A stretch of DNA of 64,000 bases, from assembly GCA_035483795.1 (NCBI GenBank), contig DATHPP010000425.1:9951-73950 (forward strand), given 5' to 3'. Below, in pieces: positions 35,233 to 44,000 of this stretch. This DNA is from Tepidisphaeraceae bacterium (lineage in GTDB: Bacteria; Planctomycetota; Phycisphaerae; Tepidisphaerales; Tepidisphaeraceae). A program made the translations under genes and the position numbers. Below the pieces are notes generated by a model, which was not told the origin of the DNA, ran no database searches, and saw nothing but the letters and a program-made list of their open reading frames with translations. How positions within the stretch are numbered: the stretch's first letter is position 1; each line of letters starts with the position of its first letter.

Positions 35233-35945
35233 TGCATGAACTCGATCATCAACAGCAGCCCCGCGCTGGCATGAATCCAGTCGGTCGATTCGATCGCTTC
35301 GACGGTGGTTCGTTCATCGATGCTCAGGTCCATTCCCGAAGTCGCCTGATGCAGTAAGCGCCGGCAGAGGCGCAGGGATCGGATGGCGCTTTTGCGCTGA
35401 GCGGGGATGGCGAGTTGGCGGATCAGTCCGCGGACGATGAGGCGTTCCCCGGCGCTGATCGGCGCTTCACCCTCGATCAGGGCCAGCACGTCCGCCAGCG
35501 AAGGAATCTGCGGGTTCTGCCCGATCCGGGCCAGCATCGGTGCGATGGCATTGGCCACCGCGGGATCGCGCCAGGCGCTCGGCAGGTCGTGATATTTCCG
35601 CGTGTGGTCGTAGACCAGGGGATTGTCGCCCGGTCCGGCCCATTCGTGGACGAGAATCAGCCCATCGCGCGCCCCCTGCCCCCGCTCCTGGCGGATTTCC
35701 GCGTAGAGCCACCAGGGCGTGTGCGTCAGATCGATGGTGCAGCGGATGCCCAGCTCGCGGTCGTTCTCGTAGAGCCAGACGGAATCGTTCCCGAGTCGGA
35801 TCGTCGTATCGCAGCGGCCGTCGGTGGTGAACAGGTGCAATCGCCCCTGATCGCGGTAGAGCAGAACGTCGTCGGCATTCGTCCCCCCGTGGGAATCGGC
35901 GCAGAAGATGGAGGTCAGCAGCCCAACAGCGATCCATGTTTTCAT
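35229..35945 (-). CDS. secreted hypothetical protein
   Basis: Signal peptide MKTWIAVGLLTSIFCADSHG. 4-nt overlaps on both sides. Confidence 0.55.
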   Translation of the reverse strand: MKTWIAVGLLTSIFCADSHGGTNADDVLLYRDQGRLHLFTTDGRCDTTIRLGNDSVWLYENDRELGIRCTIDLTHTPWWLYAEIRQERGQGARDGLILVHEWAGPGDNPLVYDHTRKYHDLPSAWRDPAVANAIAPMLARIGQNPQIPSLADVLALIEGEAPISAGERLIVRGLIRQLAIPAQRKSAIRSLRLCRRLLHQATSGMDLSIDERTTVEAIESTDWIHASAGLLLMIEFMQ

Positions 35946-36631
35946 GCCGCCAGCGGTTCACACCCCGGAAATCCTCCCGCCTTCCGCGCCAGAAACAGGG
36001 CCTGATCGTGTCCCCACCGCGCCGTCGCCTTGTGCATGTAAAGCGGCTGGGGCTGTCCCGTGCGCGAATAGTGCTCGTGCCGGATGGTCAGGTCCGGGCG
36101 CTGCCAGAGGAGAGGAGAAACGGGAGAGGGGGAGAGGGGGTGAGGGGGCGAGGGGGTGAGGGTGACATCGTGCAATTCCTCATCCGCGAAGTAATGGTTG
36201 TATCCCGGCCAGAACGCTCCAGCGCCGCGGTTGAATCTCAGGATGAACCCGCGGCTCAGCAGGGGCGAACCGCAGATGCGCTCAGAACCCGATTCGCCGG
36301 TGCACTGCATCACACCTAAAGCCCCGTGGCCAAAATGGGCGGTACACTCATGGGCAATCCGGCAGGCGGGCAGGTCCGGGGGATACATATCGTCGCCGGC
36401 ACAGCAGATCCACTGGAGGTCGAATTCCTCCTCCAAGAGGAAGCGGCACAGGGCGTTGGTCGCTTTGGGATAACCTTCGTAGGCACCCCAGAGGACGTAT
36501 TCGGCGCCGACCCGCTCCATGCCTTCATCGCGGAAGACAGCGCACTTCCAGCCCTTGTCCCGCCAGGCACAGAGGACGGGATCGCAGTCCGAGGCGGACT
36601 TGGCGCTGGGGAAAGCGACGAAGGGGGACAC
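35942..36631 (-). CDS. hypothetical protein with an in-frame G-run element insertion
   Basis: ...FADEELHDV[TLTPSPPHPLSPSPVSPL]LWQRPDLTIRHEHY.... The bracketed residues are encoded by repeat 36108-36166. AGDDMYP is a possible DxD motif. Confidence 0.5.
   Translation of the reverse strand: MSPFVAFPSAKSASDCDPVLCAWRDKGWKCAVFRDEGMERVGAEYVLWGAYEGYPKATNALCRFLLEEEFDLQWICCAGDDMYPPDLPACRIAHECTAHFGHGALGVMQCTGESGSERICGSPLLSRGFILRFNRGAGAFWPGYNHYFADEELHDVTLTPSPPHPLSPSPVSPLLWQRPDLTIRHEHYSRTGQPQPLYMHKATARWGHDQALFLARKAGGFPGCEPLAA
36108..36166. repeat. family A G-run element inside a CDS
   Basis: ggagaggagaaacgggagagggggagagggggtgagggggcgagggggtgagggtgac. Confidence 0.7.
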
Positions 36632-36796
36632 GATTTCTCTTGAAGGGCGATTCCGGCGCGGTTATCGTTCGCGCCCAGCGAGGCGCATCCATGTCCAAAT
36701 CTTCTAATTCCGTCTCTGGCCCCCGGCAGCGGTCGCAAGATGCGCCTCGCAGCCTTCCTGCGGTCCTGTCGGGGTCCGGCGACGGGGAGTGAAAAG

Positions 36797-37018
36797 ATGC
36801 TGAGATTGATATTCAACAGCCGAATATGGCCCGAGGAGAACTCCGGAGGCATTGTGACGACGTTCAAAACTTTCGATGTCGAACTGCCCGAGATCGAGAG
36901 ATTCCTTCGCAAAGTAGACGCCTACCCGCGGCCCGATGATTGCGCGATTGTTGGTATTGAACTCATCCGCACGCCCAAGGATGGGGACAATTCCGGAAAC
37001 TTTACGGAGCGCACATGA
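36797..37018 (+). CDS. hypothetical small protein
   Basis: ATG 36797 preceded by GGGGAG. Part of a plus-strand insert. Confidence 0.4.
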   Translation: MLRLIFNSRIWPEENSGGIVTTFKTFDVELPEIERFLRKVDAYPRPDDCAIVGIELIRTPKDGDNSGNFTERT

Positions 37019-37368
37019 ATGAGCCAATTGAGGGATTCACGGTCAGACAGCTCATCGACATCGCGAAAAAGGAGGAGCACAGAACGCAGTGGGGCGAATG
37101 GAAATTCGATCCTTCGCGCTTAACCTTGACTCACGAAGGGGAGGGGTACGAGATCGATCTTGAGCTAATTAATTCCAGCGCCGGGATTCTCGATTGGATC
37201 ATGCAGATAAACGCGAAGGATTGGGGCGATCCGCCGACGATTAAAAACCTGTTGGACGCTTTCGACAATCTTCTCCACCCGCAGGCGAACTATTGCAGCG
37301 GCGGATCGCATATGCGAGTGAACGCTGCCGTCGTTATTAGACGCAATTCGCAGAGGCTGAGCCGATGA
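37015..37368 (+). CDS. hypothetical protein
   Basis: 117 aa. It overlaps the upstream ORF by 4 nt and lies in a stretch that looks lower in GC. Confidence 0.5.
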   Translation: MNEPIEGFTVRQLIDIAKKEEHRTQWGEWKFDPSRLTLTHEGEGYEIDLELINSSAGILDWIMQINAKDWGDPPTIKNLLDAFDNLLHPQANYCSGGSHMRVNAAVVIRRNSQRLSR

Positions 37369-37402
37369 ACGAGAAACCGCCAAGCCGCAGAATTGAAACG
37401 GC

Positions 37403-38024
37403 TCAACTTCCGCGGTACTTCCGACTCGCTTGGAGATGTTCCACTACTGGCGGTCCCATCGACGGCTCGGCATCGAAGATACAGGTATAGGCGGAGGGCA
37501 ATTGCATCACGGCCAGGTGCGGATGTTCCTTGACCACGTTCTCCAGGGAGAGCTGGTCGTAATCATCGGGATGACTCTCGCATCTCTCCCGCCAGTCTTC
37601 CACCAGCTCGATCGACGCCTTCCCTCCTGAGAAATACAGCGTCCCGCTCAAGAGTTCCGTCCCGCCAAGCGGCGCGGGCCTGGCCTTCCAATGCGCCGCA
37701 AAGTCCGGCGCCGGCAGCGGTCCCAGATCGTGCCCCATCTGTTTGAGCGCTTCGCGCTGCGCCCAGATTTCAAACAGCTCGGGATATTTCCGGACCCGTG
37801 AATCGGCGTCGAGCCAGACGACTGGCCGACGGGGATGGGAAAACATCGTCAGCCCCAGGAACCACGCCTTCTGCTGCGTGTTGACCACCCAGCCGCCGCG
37901 ATCTCCCAGAGGCAGAACTTCATGCTCCAGCTCGAAGCGCGACAGCGTCTCGATCAGCCCCCCGGCATGGGCCTCGTACAGCGGCGTATAGAAGCTGACG
38001 TAAAGCGGATGCAACTTGTCTCCG
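37403..38024 (-). CDS. nucleotide-diphospho-sugar transferase-like protein
   Basis: Only the part from TTG 38024 is credible: (M)HPLYVSFYTPLYEAHAGGLIETL...PVVWLDADSRV...LSGTLYFSG.... The rest of track ORF 37403..38395 runs through a repeat and through another gene. Confidence 0.5.
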
Positions 38025-38026
38025 TG

Positions 38027-38055
38027 TCCCCGCGTCTTCGCGTCACCGCGTCTCA
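38027..38055. repeat. octamer-array element (family B), opposite orientation
   Basis: The reverse complement reads gagacgcg gtgacgcg aagacgcg gggacacg gagac. It lies at the junction between the stop at 38053 and the start at 38024. Confidence 0.65.
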
Positions 38056-38352
38056 AATTTTGACCCACTCGGCAAACCCGAACACGCTGGTCATGTCGCC
38101 GTTGACGCTGGCCTTGATGAGGACGTTGTTGTTGTGCTCCTCCCAGCTCTCGGCGTACTGCGTGATGTTCGCCGTGCTCTTGGGGATGTAGGCCCAGGTG
38201 TTGCCCCCATCGAGCGAGAAAAACCCGTCGGCGGTCGTGGAGTTGTTCCAGATGATGACGTGGTTGTACATCGCCGAGGAGGACGGCATTTTGATGAGCG
38301 TGACCGGGGTCGCGCCGTTGGAGCTGATGCCGATGGTGCCGCTTGAGTACAT
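38053..38352 (-). CDS. small Asp-box (BNR-type) beta protein, decoration-protein candidate
   Basis: From ATG 38352: MYSSGTIGISSNG...FFSLDGGNTWAYIP contains SxDxGxTW, an Asp-box. It follows the capsid and decoration genes. Confidence 0.5.
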   Translation of the reverse strand: MYSSGTIGISSNGATPVTLIKMPSSSAMYNHVIIWNNSTTADGFFSLDGGNTWAYIPKSTANITQYAESWEEHNNNVLIKASVNGDMTSVFGFAEWVKI

Positions 38353-38383
38353 GATAAATCTCGGGAGGAGGGGAGGAGGGAGA

Positions 38384-38464
38384 GTCACTTGTCACTTGTC
38401 ACTGGTCACTTGTTGGGCGCGCGCCCTCTGGCAAGTGACCAATGACAAATGACCCATGACCAAT
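38384..38464. repeat. inverted heptamer-array element (family C), copy 2
   Basis: GTCACTT GTCACTT GTCACTG GTCACTT, spacer ttgggcgcgcgccctctgg, then caagtgaccaatgacaaatgacccatgaccaa. Confidence 0.8.
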
Positions 38465-38466
38465 AA

Positions 38467-38826
38467 TCAGGCGTTGAGGATCAGGGCCGCCGTGGTGGCG
38501 GCGGAGTTGAACACGCCGTAGGACCGGCCGCAGCGGGTGTTGGTCCCCGAGGTGCCGGTAAGCCACAGATTGAACGGGTCCCAGTAGAGGATCTGCCCGT
38601 CCGTGAAGGCTTCGCCGACTCTTTTGGCGATGGGGGAGACGACGCGCTCGTCGCCGCCGCCGATGGCCAGCTCGCCCGAGGCCCCGATAGCGATCGAGGT
38701 AATGGCGATGCCGACAAAGCCGGTGGTGGGACCGGGGGAGAGGATCTGGAGCTGGCTGCTCGCGATCGCCACCCCGGTGTTGTTGGTGTAGGTGTAACGA
38801 TTGCCACGTTTGAATCCGACGATCAT
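38467..38826 (-). CDS. DUF2190-like head decoration protein
   Basis: From ATG 38826: MIVGFKRGNRYTYTNNTGVAIASSQ...GASGELAIGG...FTDGQILYWDP.... The size (~119 aa) and pattern recall the DUF2190 family. It lies immediately downstream of the capsid gene. Confidence 0.55.
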   Translation of the reverse strand: MIVGFKRGNRYTYTNNTGVAIASSQLQILSPGPTTGFVGIAITSIAIGASGELAIGGGDERVVSPIAKRVGEAFTDGQILYWDPFNLWLTGTSGTNTRCGRSYGVFNSAATTAALILNA

Positions 38827-38868
38827 GACTGTTTCTCGCTTTTTGTGTTTGAGGGAAAGAGGAGGGGA

Positions 38869-38939
38869 GTCACTGGTCACTTGTCATTGGTCACTTGGAA
38901 TGACCGCTGACCAATGACAAATGACAAGTGACAAATGAC
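38869..38939. repeat. inverted heptamer-array element (family C), copy 3
   Basis: GTCACTG GTCACTT GTCATTG GTCACTT, spacer ggaatgaccgct, then gaccaatgacaaatgacaagtgacaaatgac. Confidence 0.8.
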
Positions 38940-38943
38940 CGCT

Positions 38944-40737
38944 TTAATGCCCGGCGTTCTTGTAGACGCCGCGGAAGTCGATGGCCTTTCCGGCAACCGT
39001 ATGGCGCACCAGGTATTTCACGTCCTCGGTGTCGAAGTCGGTCTCCTGGCGGATGACGGGCTCGGGCTCGTCGGTCAGGAAGCTGAGTTCGATGGTGTTG
39101 ACCTGTCCGTCGCGGAAATCGGCCACCAGGAACCAGGCTTGCGTGTCGGCATCGTCCAGACGGACGCTCCCGACCACCTGGTAGCGGTTGTTGTAGGGGT
39201 TGAAATCGCCCACCGTCTGCGGCACCGCAGCCGACGACGACTGGCTGGCGATCAGGGTCCGGGAACCGATCAGTTCCTTGGTCTGCTCCTCGATCGAGGA
39301 GGGGACCAGGAGGAACTTGGGCTCCAATTCAAGGCGGGCCGCACCGGCCAGACCTTTCTGCTTCTTCATCGCCGTCGAGCCGATTTGAAGCTGGAGCACG
39401 CTGGGCACGCCGCCCGAACCGGCGGTGGTGAGGTTGCTGTGGGCGGCGGAGAAGATGGCGTTGCCGTCGGCCATGTTGGCGTTGCCGGTGATGACGGCGT
39501 AGGCCACGTCGTCTTCCTTACGGGCGGCGGAATTGGCCTGCGCCCTGGGAATTGCGCTAAAAGCATCCAAGTCGTCGTTAATGATGGCGTTGCGCGTTAA
39601 ACGGACACCAGCTTTGTACGTGACCAGCACGTAGGTCTCTTTCGAGTCCTGGAGCTGGACGTACTGCATTTCGCCGGCTTCGTTGGCCGCGACCATGTTC
39701 GGGGCTTCCGACAGGACAACCCGATTGATGTTCTTGAAGTCCGGGTTGAAGCGCTTCTCCGCCCAGGCGGGCCAGGTCCGCTTGGCGTCCAGATAGTTGA
39801 AGCGCAAACTTTTGTTGATCGCGTCGAGCGTGATGTTGCCGAAATCCGGGGTGGATTCCGCCAACGCCGCCATGCGCGGGAAGGCTTGCCGCATGCGGCG
39901 CGGGCCCAGGCAATCGGCCAGGCGGGTCTTGGAGTAGCCGTAGACCTCGGTGAATCCAAGGGACGCCAGGTAATGCCGGAACATGTCGAGCATGGACAGC
40001 TCGCGCAGTTCCTTGGCCCGATCGAGGATCTTGCCCTCGTATTTGATGATCTGCTCGGCCGCCAGTCCGGCGCGGAGCACGATGGCCTGCGGCATGGCGG
40101 CGCGCAGGCTGGCGAGGTTCTTGTCCTCGCCCACCTTCACGCTCAGGAGCGGCTTGGCCGACTCGTGCACGTAGCGCAGGATGGCCATCCGGGCCTGCTC
40201 GAAGGTGCCGTTTTCCGCGATCACCGTATTGGCATAGGCATCGGGAACGGCGTGCAGGGCGGCCAGTTTGCGGATGCGGGCCACTCTTTTTGCCTCGAAA
40301 TCCAATGCCGCGTTGTCGTTGTCGGCATCGTCCAGCTTGGCGGCGACACCGCCGGCCGCCGGCGCTTGCATGCGCTGGCCCTGGGGGAGTTTGGCGCCGG
40401 TGGCGGCGCCCAGTGCGGCGATCGCGGCCTCGGTGGCCAGCTTGATGATCTGCTCCTGGCTCATGCCGGTGGCGGGGACGGCCACGCCCTGGCCGGGCAA
40501 TGCGCCAGCGGCGCCGGAATCGCCGGAGTTGCCGGCGACGGAGGGCTGGCCGGGAACGGGCGGGCCGGCGTGCAGGCCGGTATCGCCGCCGTCGCCGTCC
40601 ATCATGCGCGCGAGCTTGGCGTCGATGTCGGCGCGTTTGTCGGCCGACAGGCCGTCGTAATAGGACTTGGCGTCATCATCTGAGGCATCGGCGTCGCAGC
40701 CGTTCGCCACGAGAAGTGACTTGAGATGGGGGTGCAT
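38944..40737 (-). CDS. major capsid protein (HK97-fold type) with long N-terminal scaffold-like region
   Basis: ATG 40737 is preceded by GAAGGAG. The C-terminal ~330 aa (…ITLDAINKSLRFNYLD…TYKAGVRLTRNAIINDD…FLLVPSSIEEQTKELI…) follow the major-capsid pattern. The N-terminus is acidic, Ala-rich and helical. The track start at 40842 lies inside a repeat. Confidence 0.7.
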   Translation of the reverse strand: MHPHLKSLLVANGCDADASDDDAKSYYDGLSADKRADIDAKLARMMDGDGGDTGLHAGPPVPGQPSVAGNSGDSGAAGALPGQGVAVPATGMSQEQIIKLATEAAIAALGAATGAKLPQGQRMQAPAAGGVAAKLDDADNDNAALDFEAKRVARIRKLAALHAVPDAYANTVIAENGTFEQARMAILRYVHESAKPLLSVKVGEDKNLASLRAAMPQAIVLRAGLAAEQIIKYEGKILDRAKELRELSMLDMFRHYLASLGFTEVYGYSKTRLADCLGPRRMRQAFPRMAALAESTPDFGNITLDAINKSLRFNYLDAKRTWPAWAEKRFNPDFKNINRVVLSEAPNMVAANEAGEMQYVQLQDSKETYVLVTYKAGVRLTRNAIINDDLDAFSAIPRAQANSAARKEDDVAYAVITGNANMADGNAIFSAAHSNLTTAGSGGVPSVLQLQIGSTAMKKQKGLAGAARLELEPKFLLVPSSIEEQTKELIGSRTLIASQSSSAAVPQTVGDFNPYNNRYQVVGSVRLDDADTQAWFLVADFRDGQVNTIELSFLTDEPEPVIRQETDFDTEDVKYLVRHTVAGKAIDFRGVYKNAGH

Positions 40738-40830
40738 ATGCACTCCTTCAAAAATGGAGAGGGAGAACGAACTGCGACCCGGCAACGCGCCGAGTCCATG
40801 CACCGCCGTTTTCAAGAGCTGGTGGGGGAG

Positions 40831-40949
40831 GTCACTCGTCATTGGTCACTGGTCATTTGTTTAGGGTTCCCATCCGCGATCAATCGCGGATGGGAGGCCC
40901 TTGGGCGCGCGGCCCTGGCAAGTGACCAGTGACAAGTGACAAATGACCA
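40831..40949. repeat. inverted heptamer-array element (family C), copy 4, with nested hairpin
   Basis: GTCACTC GTCATTG GTCACTG GTCATTT, an inner hairpin cccatccgcgatcaatcgcggatggg, the spacer gggcgcgcggccctgg shared with copy 2, then caagtgaccagtgacaagtgacaaatgaccag. Confidence 0.8.
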
Positions 40950-41199
40950 GGGGGTTAAAGCGTCGACCGGAGTTTCCTCCGATCGAGCGCTGAAAACGGC
41001 GGACGACTAACGCGCCCAAGCGTCCACCGTTCGTTTCACAAGGGAGCCAATTTAATTTACAGGAGGGATGGTCCCGGCCGGCTTCCACGGGCTCGTTATC
41101 ACCGGCAGAATCGTTTCGATTCCGGCTGCACTGCTGGCCATTTAAGGCCCGACTTGCGTTGCATTTACGGGCTTTCACCGTCAGAACCACCATGTCCTG

Positions 41200-42432
41200 T
41201 TATTTCCGCGGCGTGCTCTGCGCCTGCACGGGATCACCGGGCGAGGGCCAGATGCCGTTGGCGGCCATGGCGGTTTTACCCTTGGGCGTGGCCTCATACC
41301 CGGTCGATCTTCCGCCGTGGGCCATCACCCGTTTGGCATAGCCGTTGTCCGCCAGCCATTCACAGCCCGCCCGCATCGCTTCCAAGCGTCCGTTGAATCG
41401 CGAGGCCAGAGAGCCCATGGTCTGCATGCCGTGCTTGACGATGTGGCCCAGATAAGCCCCGCGGGTGTCGTGAGGAAAGACGGGCGCCTCAGGCGGCGCT
41501 GCGGGCCGGGGCGGTCGGCCGGCGTCGGAGCTTGGAGGATCAGGGGTGCCGGCGGGGATGGGGGCCTTGGCTTTGTCGGCGGGCTTGGGCTCCTGCCAGC
41601 CGGAGGAGTTGGGTGCGCCCGAGGGCGGCTGAGGGTCGTAGAGGACGGCTGAGGCACTGAGCAGGCCGCGGGGGTTACTCGCTGGTTTGCCCACGAAATC
41701 CAGAGCCTCAAGCCCAACGGGGCGGGCGGGATTAGAAAGTATTGCGCCCCAATTGTCTAAGATCGGTTCGACGGTGTACGGGAAAAAAGCGCTAAGCCCA
41801 ATTCCGGCCGCGTCCTCGTTGGCGAAATTCAGCAGGTAGCCGCGCACGTCGCCCATGCCCGGTACTGCACTCGCGTAATCGCCCAAAAACACGTCCCCTC
41901 TCCCCTGCGCCACCGGTTTGCCATCCTGCATCACCGTCGCGATCCTGCCATTCTTGATCCGTCCCACCATGGTCCCGGTGTCGTCCGCCACTTCCTGAAT
42001 CACGTTGCCTTCGGGGTCGGTGGAGGTCTTGACGTTGGGATGGCGGAACCGGCACTTGATCCCATCGGCGGAAGCGTTGACCAGGGCGACGATTTGCTCG
42101 ACGGTGGTTTTGTCGATGTCGAAGGGCTTGCCCAGGGCGATGCCTTCGGTGATGAGCGCGACGTTCTTGATGATCCCGTTGTCGAAATCGACGGAGACGC
42201 CGGAATCGGAATACGCAGTCGGAGCGCGGAGAGCGGCGAAGGGGCCTTTGAGCGCGGCGGCATTGGCGGCGGCCGCTGCGGGCTTGGCCTTTTTCTTGTT
42301 GTGCTTGCGGAACATCGAATACGCGATAGCCGCGGCCTGGGCCTGGTCCTTGGCGGTGCCATCTTTCAAGAGGATAGGGATTGCCCGAGCCACGAAGGAT
42401 TTCTCAGACTCTCCGGGATTTACGTCTGGCAC
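41200..42432 (-). CDS. prohead protease-like (HK97/S78-type, tentative), possibly with a scaffold region
   Basis: It lies upstream of the capsid gene. IKCRFRHP and GIGLSAFFPY resemble the His and Ser blocks of S78 proteases. The N-terminal ESEKSFVARAIPILLKDG...AAAIAYSMFRK motif is common at phage head-protein N-termini. Confidence 0.45.
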   Translation of the reverse strand: MPDVNPGESEKSFVARAIPILLKDGTAKDQAQAAAIAYSMFRKHNKKKAKPAAAAANAAALKGPFAALRAPTAYSDSGVSVDFDNGIIKNVALITEGIALGKPFDIDKTTVEQIVALVNASADGIKCRFRHPNVKTSTDPEGNVIQEVADDTGTMVGRIKNGRIATVMQDGKPVAQGRGDVFLGDYASAVPGMGDVRGYLLNFANEDAAGIGLSAFFPYTVEPILDNWGAILSNPARPVGLEALDFVGKPASNPRGLLSASAVLYDPQPPSGAPNSSGWQEPKPADKAKAPIPAGTPDPPSSDAGRPPRPAAPPEAPVFPHDTRGAYLGHIVKHGMQTMGSLASRFNGRLEAMRAGCEWLADNGYAKRVMAHGGRSTGYEATPKGKTAMAANGIWPSPGDPVQAQSTPRK

Positions 42433-42581
42433 AGCGAGTTTTCCTTGAAAAAGTTGTTAGAATGGCGGCGTCAGTCGCCAGGTTCACGATCCACAATTCA
42501 CGCCGTCCCTCGCCGCGAGAAGTCTTTCTGGCGATTGACCTCGCGCGGGGGCGGCGCTGCGCCGGACAGGAAGAAAACAAA

Positions 42582-43370
42582 TTGAAGCCCCTCATCAAAC
42601 TTGGCGATCATTTCGGGCGCTTGACCGTCGCGGAATCTCTCGGCTCCAAGCTCATGAACGGCAAACGGCGCAGTCTGTGGCGTTGCACTTGCGAATGCGG
42701 TGGAGAAGCGACGACCATCACGGCATCTCTGAGAAACGGAACAACGCGGAGTTGCGGATGCCTGCGTGGTTCAGCCCATTTCAAACGGGCGACGAATCAA
42801 AATGACGAGGTGCTTCCGACGAAGGATTTGCGCGGCAAGGTCTTCGGGCGACTTCGGGTCATGAAGTTCGATGGCTATCGAAGATTTAAAGGGGGCCAAA
42901 ATAGACCAAACGGCGCTTCGCGCGGAATGTGGCTCTGTCAATGCGAATGTGGAAACACCACGATTGTCGAAACGTCGTCGCTGACCACGGGGAACGCTAA
43001 AAGCTGCGGATGCCTCCAGCGCCATCGGGCTTCGGAAGCCAAAACGGGGACGATTCCCAAATCCCGCCTGCGTCTCGGCGAATCGGAAATGCGAAGAACC
43101 TTCCGAAACTGCCGTCGCACCGCCTTAAAGAAGGGCTTTGCATTCGAGTTGGACGTAGAAACGTTTCACCGGATCACACGGTCGAATTGTCATTACTGTG
43201 GCGCGGAACCCGCTGGCTTTAGTAAAACCGGAAGGGCTTTCGGACCTTACGTCCACAACGGCATCGATCGCGTGAACAATAATCTCGGCTATCTCATGTC
43301 CAATTGCGTCCGGCCAAACGTCACATGGATGTCTCCACTTTTCTACGCTGGGCGCGGGCCGTCACGATGA
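42582..43370 (+). CDS. HNH homing-endonuclease-like protein with disrupted C-terminal catalytic motif (possible pseudogene)
   Basis: From TTG 42582: KPLIKLGDHFGRLTV..., two LW(R/L)C(T/Q)CECGxxxxxxxxxLxxGxxxSCGC modules, then CHYCGAEP...NGIDRVNNNLGYLMSNCV. The expected CCxxCNxxK block is absent here. A typical tail, AKRHMDVSTFLRWARAV, continues in another frame. Confidence 0.5.
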   Translation: MKPLIKLGDHFGRLTVAESLGSKLMNGKRRSLWRCTCECGGEATTITASLRNGTTRSCGCLRGSAHFKRATNQNDEVLPTKDLRGKVFGRLRVMKFDGYRRFKGGQNRPNGASRGMWLCQCECGNTTIVETSSLTTGNAKSCGCLQRHRASEAKTGTIPKSRLRLGESEMRRTFRNCRRTALKKGFAFELDVETFHRITRSNCHYCGAEPAGFSKTGRAFGPYVHNGIDRVNNNLGYLMSNCVRPNVTWMSPLFYAGRGPSR

Positions 43371-43532
43371 ACATGGACCGTAAGCGGCACGAATGCCCCG
43401 GCCAACTTAGTCTATTCGAGCCTGTTGCGCAGTCGGTTCAGACCAGCAGCGCCGTCAATTCCTCGTCATCCTGATAGCGCCGGGCCAGCAGCGGATCGGC
43501 CTCGAAGCTGCGGGCGGACAGATCGAGCGGGC

Positions 43533-43997
43533 TCAGACCAGCAACAGCAGCTCGTCCTCGCGTTTGAGTCGGGCGATGCGGTCCTCGAAGGAAGTGTCAC
43601 CGTGCAGAGCCAGCGCCATTCTCAATCGTGCCGAGCGCCCGAAGGTCCGGGCTCCAGTGATCTGGACCGAGCGTCCGCCGAAGTTGAAGCGCAAGAGCGA
43701 AGGCGTGGCATCGGCGAAATGATCCTGCCGGGGCGATTGCGAACTGGCGGCGGCGCGGAGGGTGAAGGCCAGACGCCCGAGGATGCCGGTATCGTTCTGC
43801 TCGGGCTCCTCGTACCAGCCACCCAGCGCTCCCCCGCCAGCTTGAGGGCGAATTACCGGGACGATGACGGTGACGGTGCCGACGCTGCCGGTGGCGCTGA
43901 CGCCGCTGACGACGACGGTGACATTGCCGCCGACGGAATAGCTGAGGGCGTATTCGCCGAAATACCCGCCGCCGAATGATTCGCTGCCGAAGGCCAT
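43533..43997 (-). CDS. hypothetical protein
   Basis: 154-aa ORF in operon orientation with a Gly/Val/Ser-rich N-terminus. Confidence 0.45.
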   Translation of the reverse strand: MAFGSESFGGGYFGEYALSYSVGGNVTVVVSGVSATGSVGTVTVIVPVIRPQAGGGALGGWYEEPEQNDTGILGRLAFTLRAAASSQSPRQDHFADATPSLLRFNFGGRSVQITGARTFGRSARLRMALALHGDTSFEDRIARLKREDELLLLV

Positions 43998-44000
43998 TGC

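Noticed and set aside
37403-38395. Single 330-aa ORF, and the 'MTSD...' N-termini at 38880 and 40842.
   Set aside because: The upstream portions are read through heptamer and octamer repeat elements or through the Asp-box gene in another frame. Internal starts at 38024, 38826, 38352 and 40737 (the last with GAAGGAG) give sensible proteins.
41085-41145. tRNA-like 3' end (…cgtttcgattccggctgcactgctggcca).
   Set aside because: TTCGATTCC resembles a T-loop, but the flanking bases cannot form a T-stem or an acceptor stem. It is more simply a small hairpin (gaatcg ttt cgattc).
40861-41193. 110-aa minus-strand ORF in the gap upstream of the capsid gene.
   Set aside because: Its C-terminal third is the translation of the heptamer-array repeat, and the rest has no protein-like features. 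I treated the region as non-coding.
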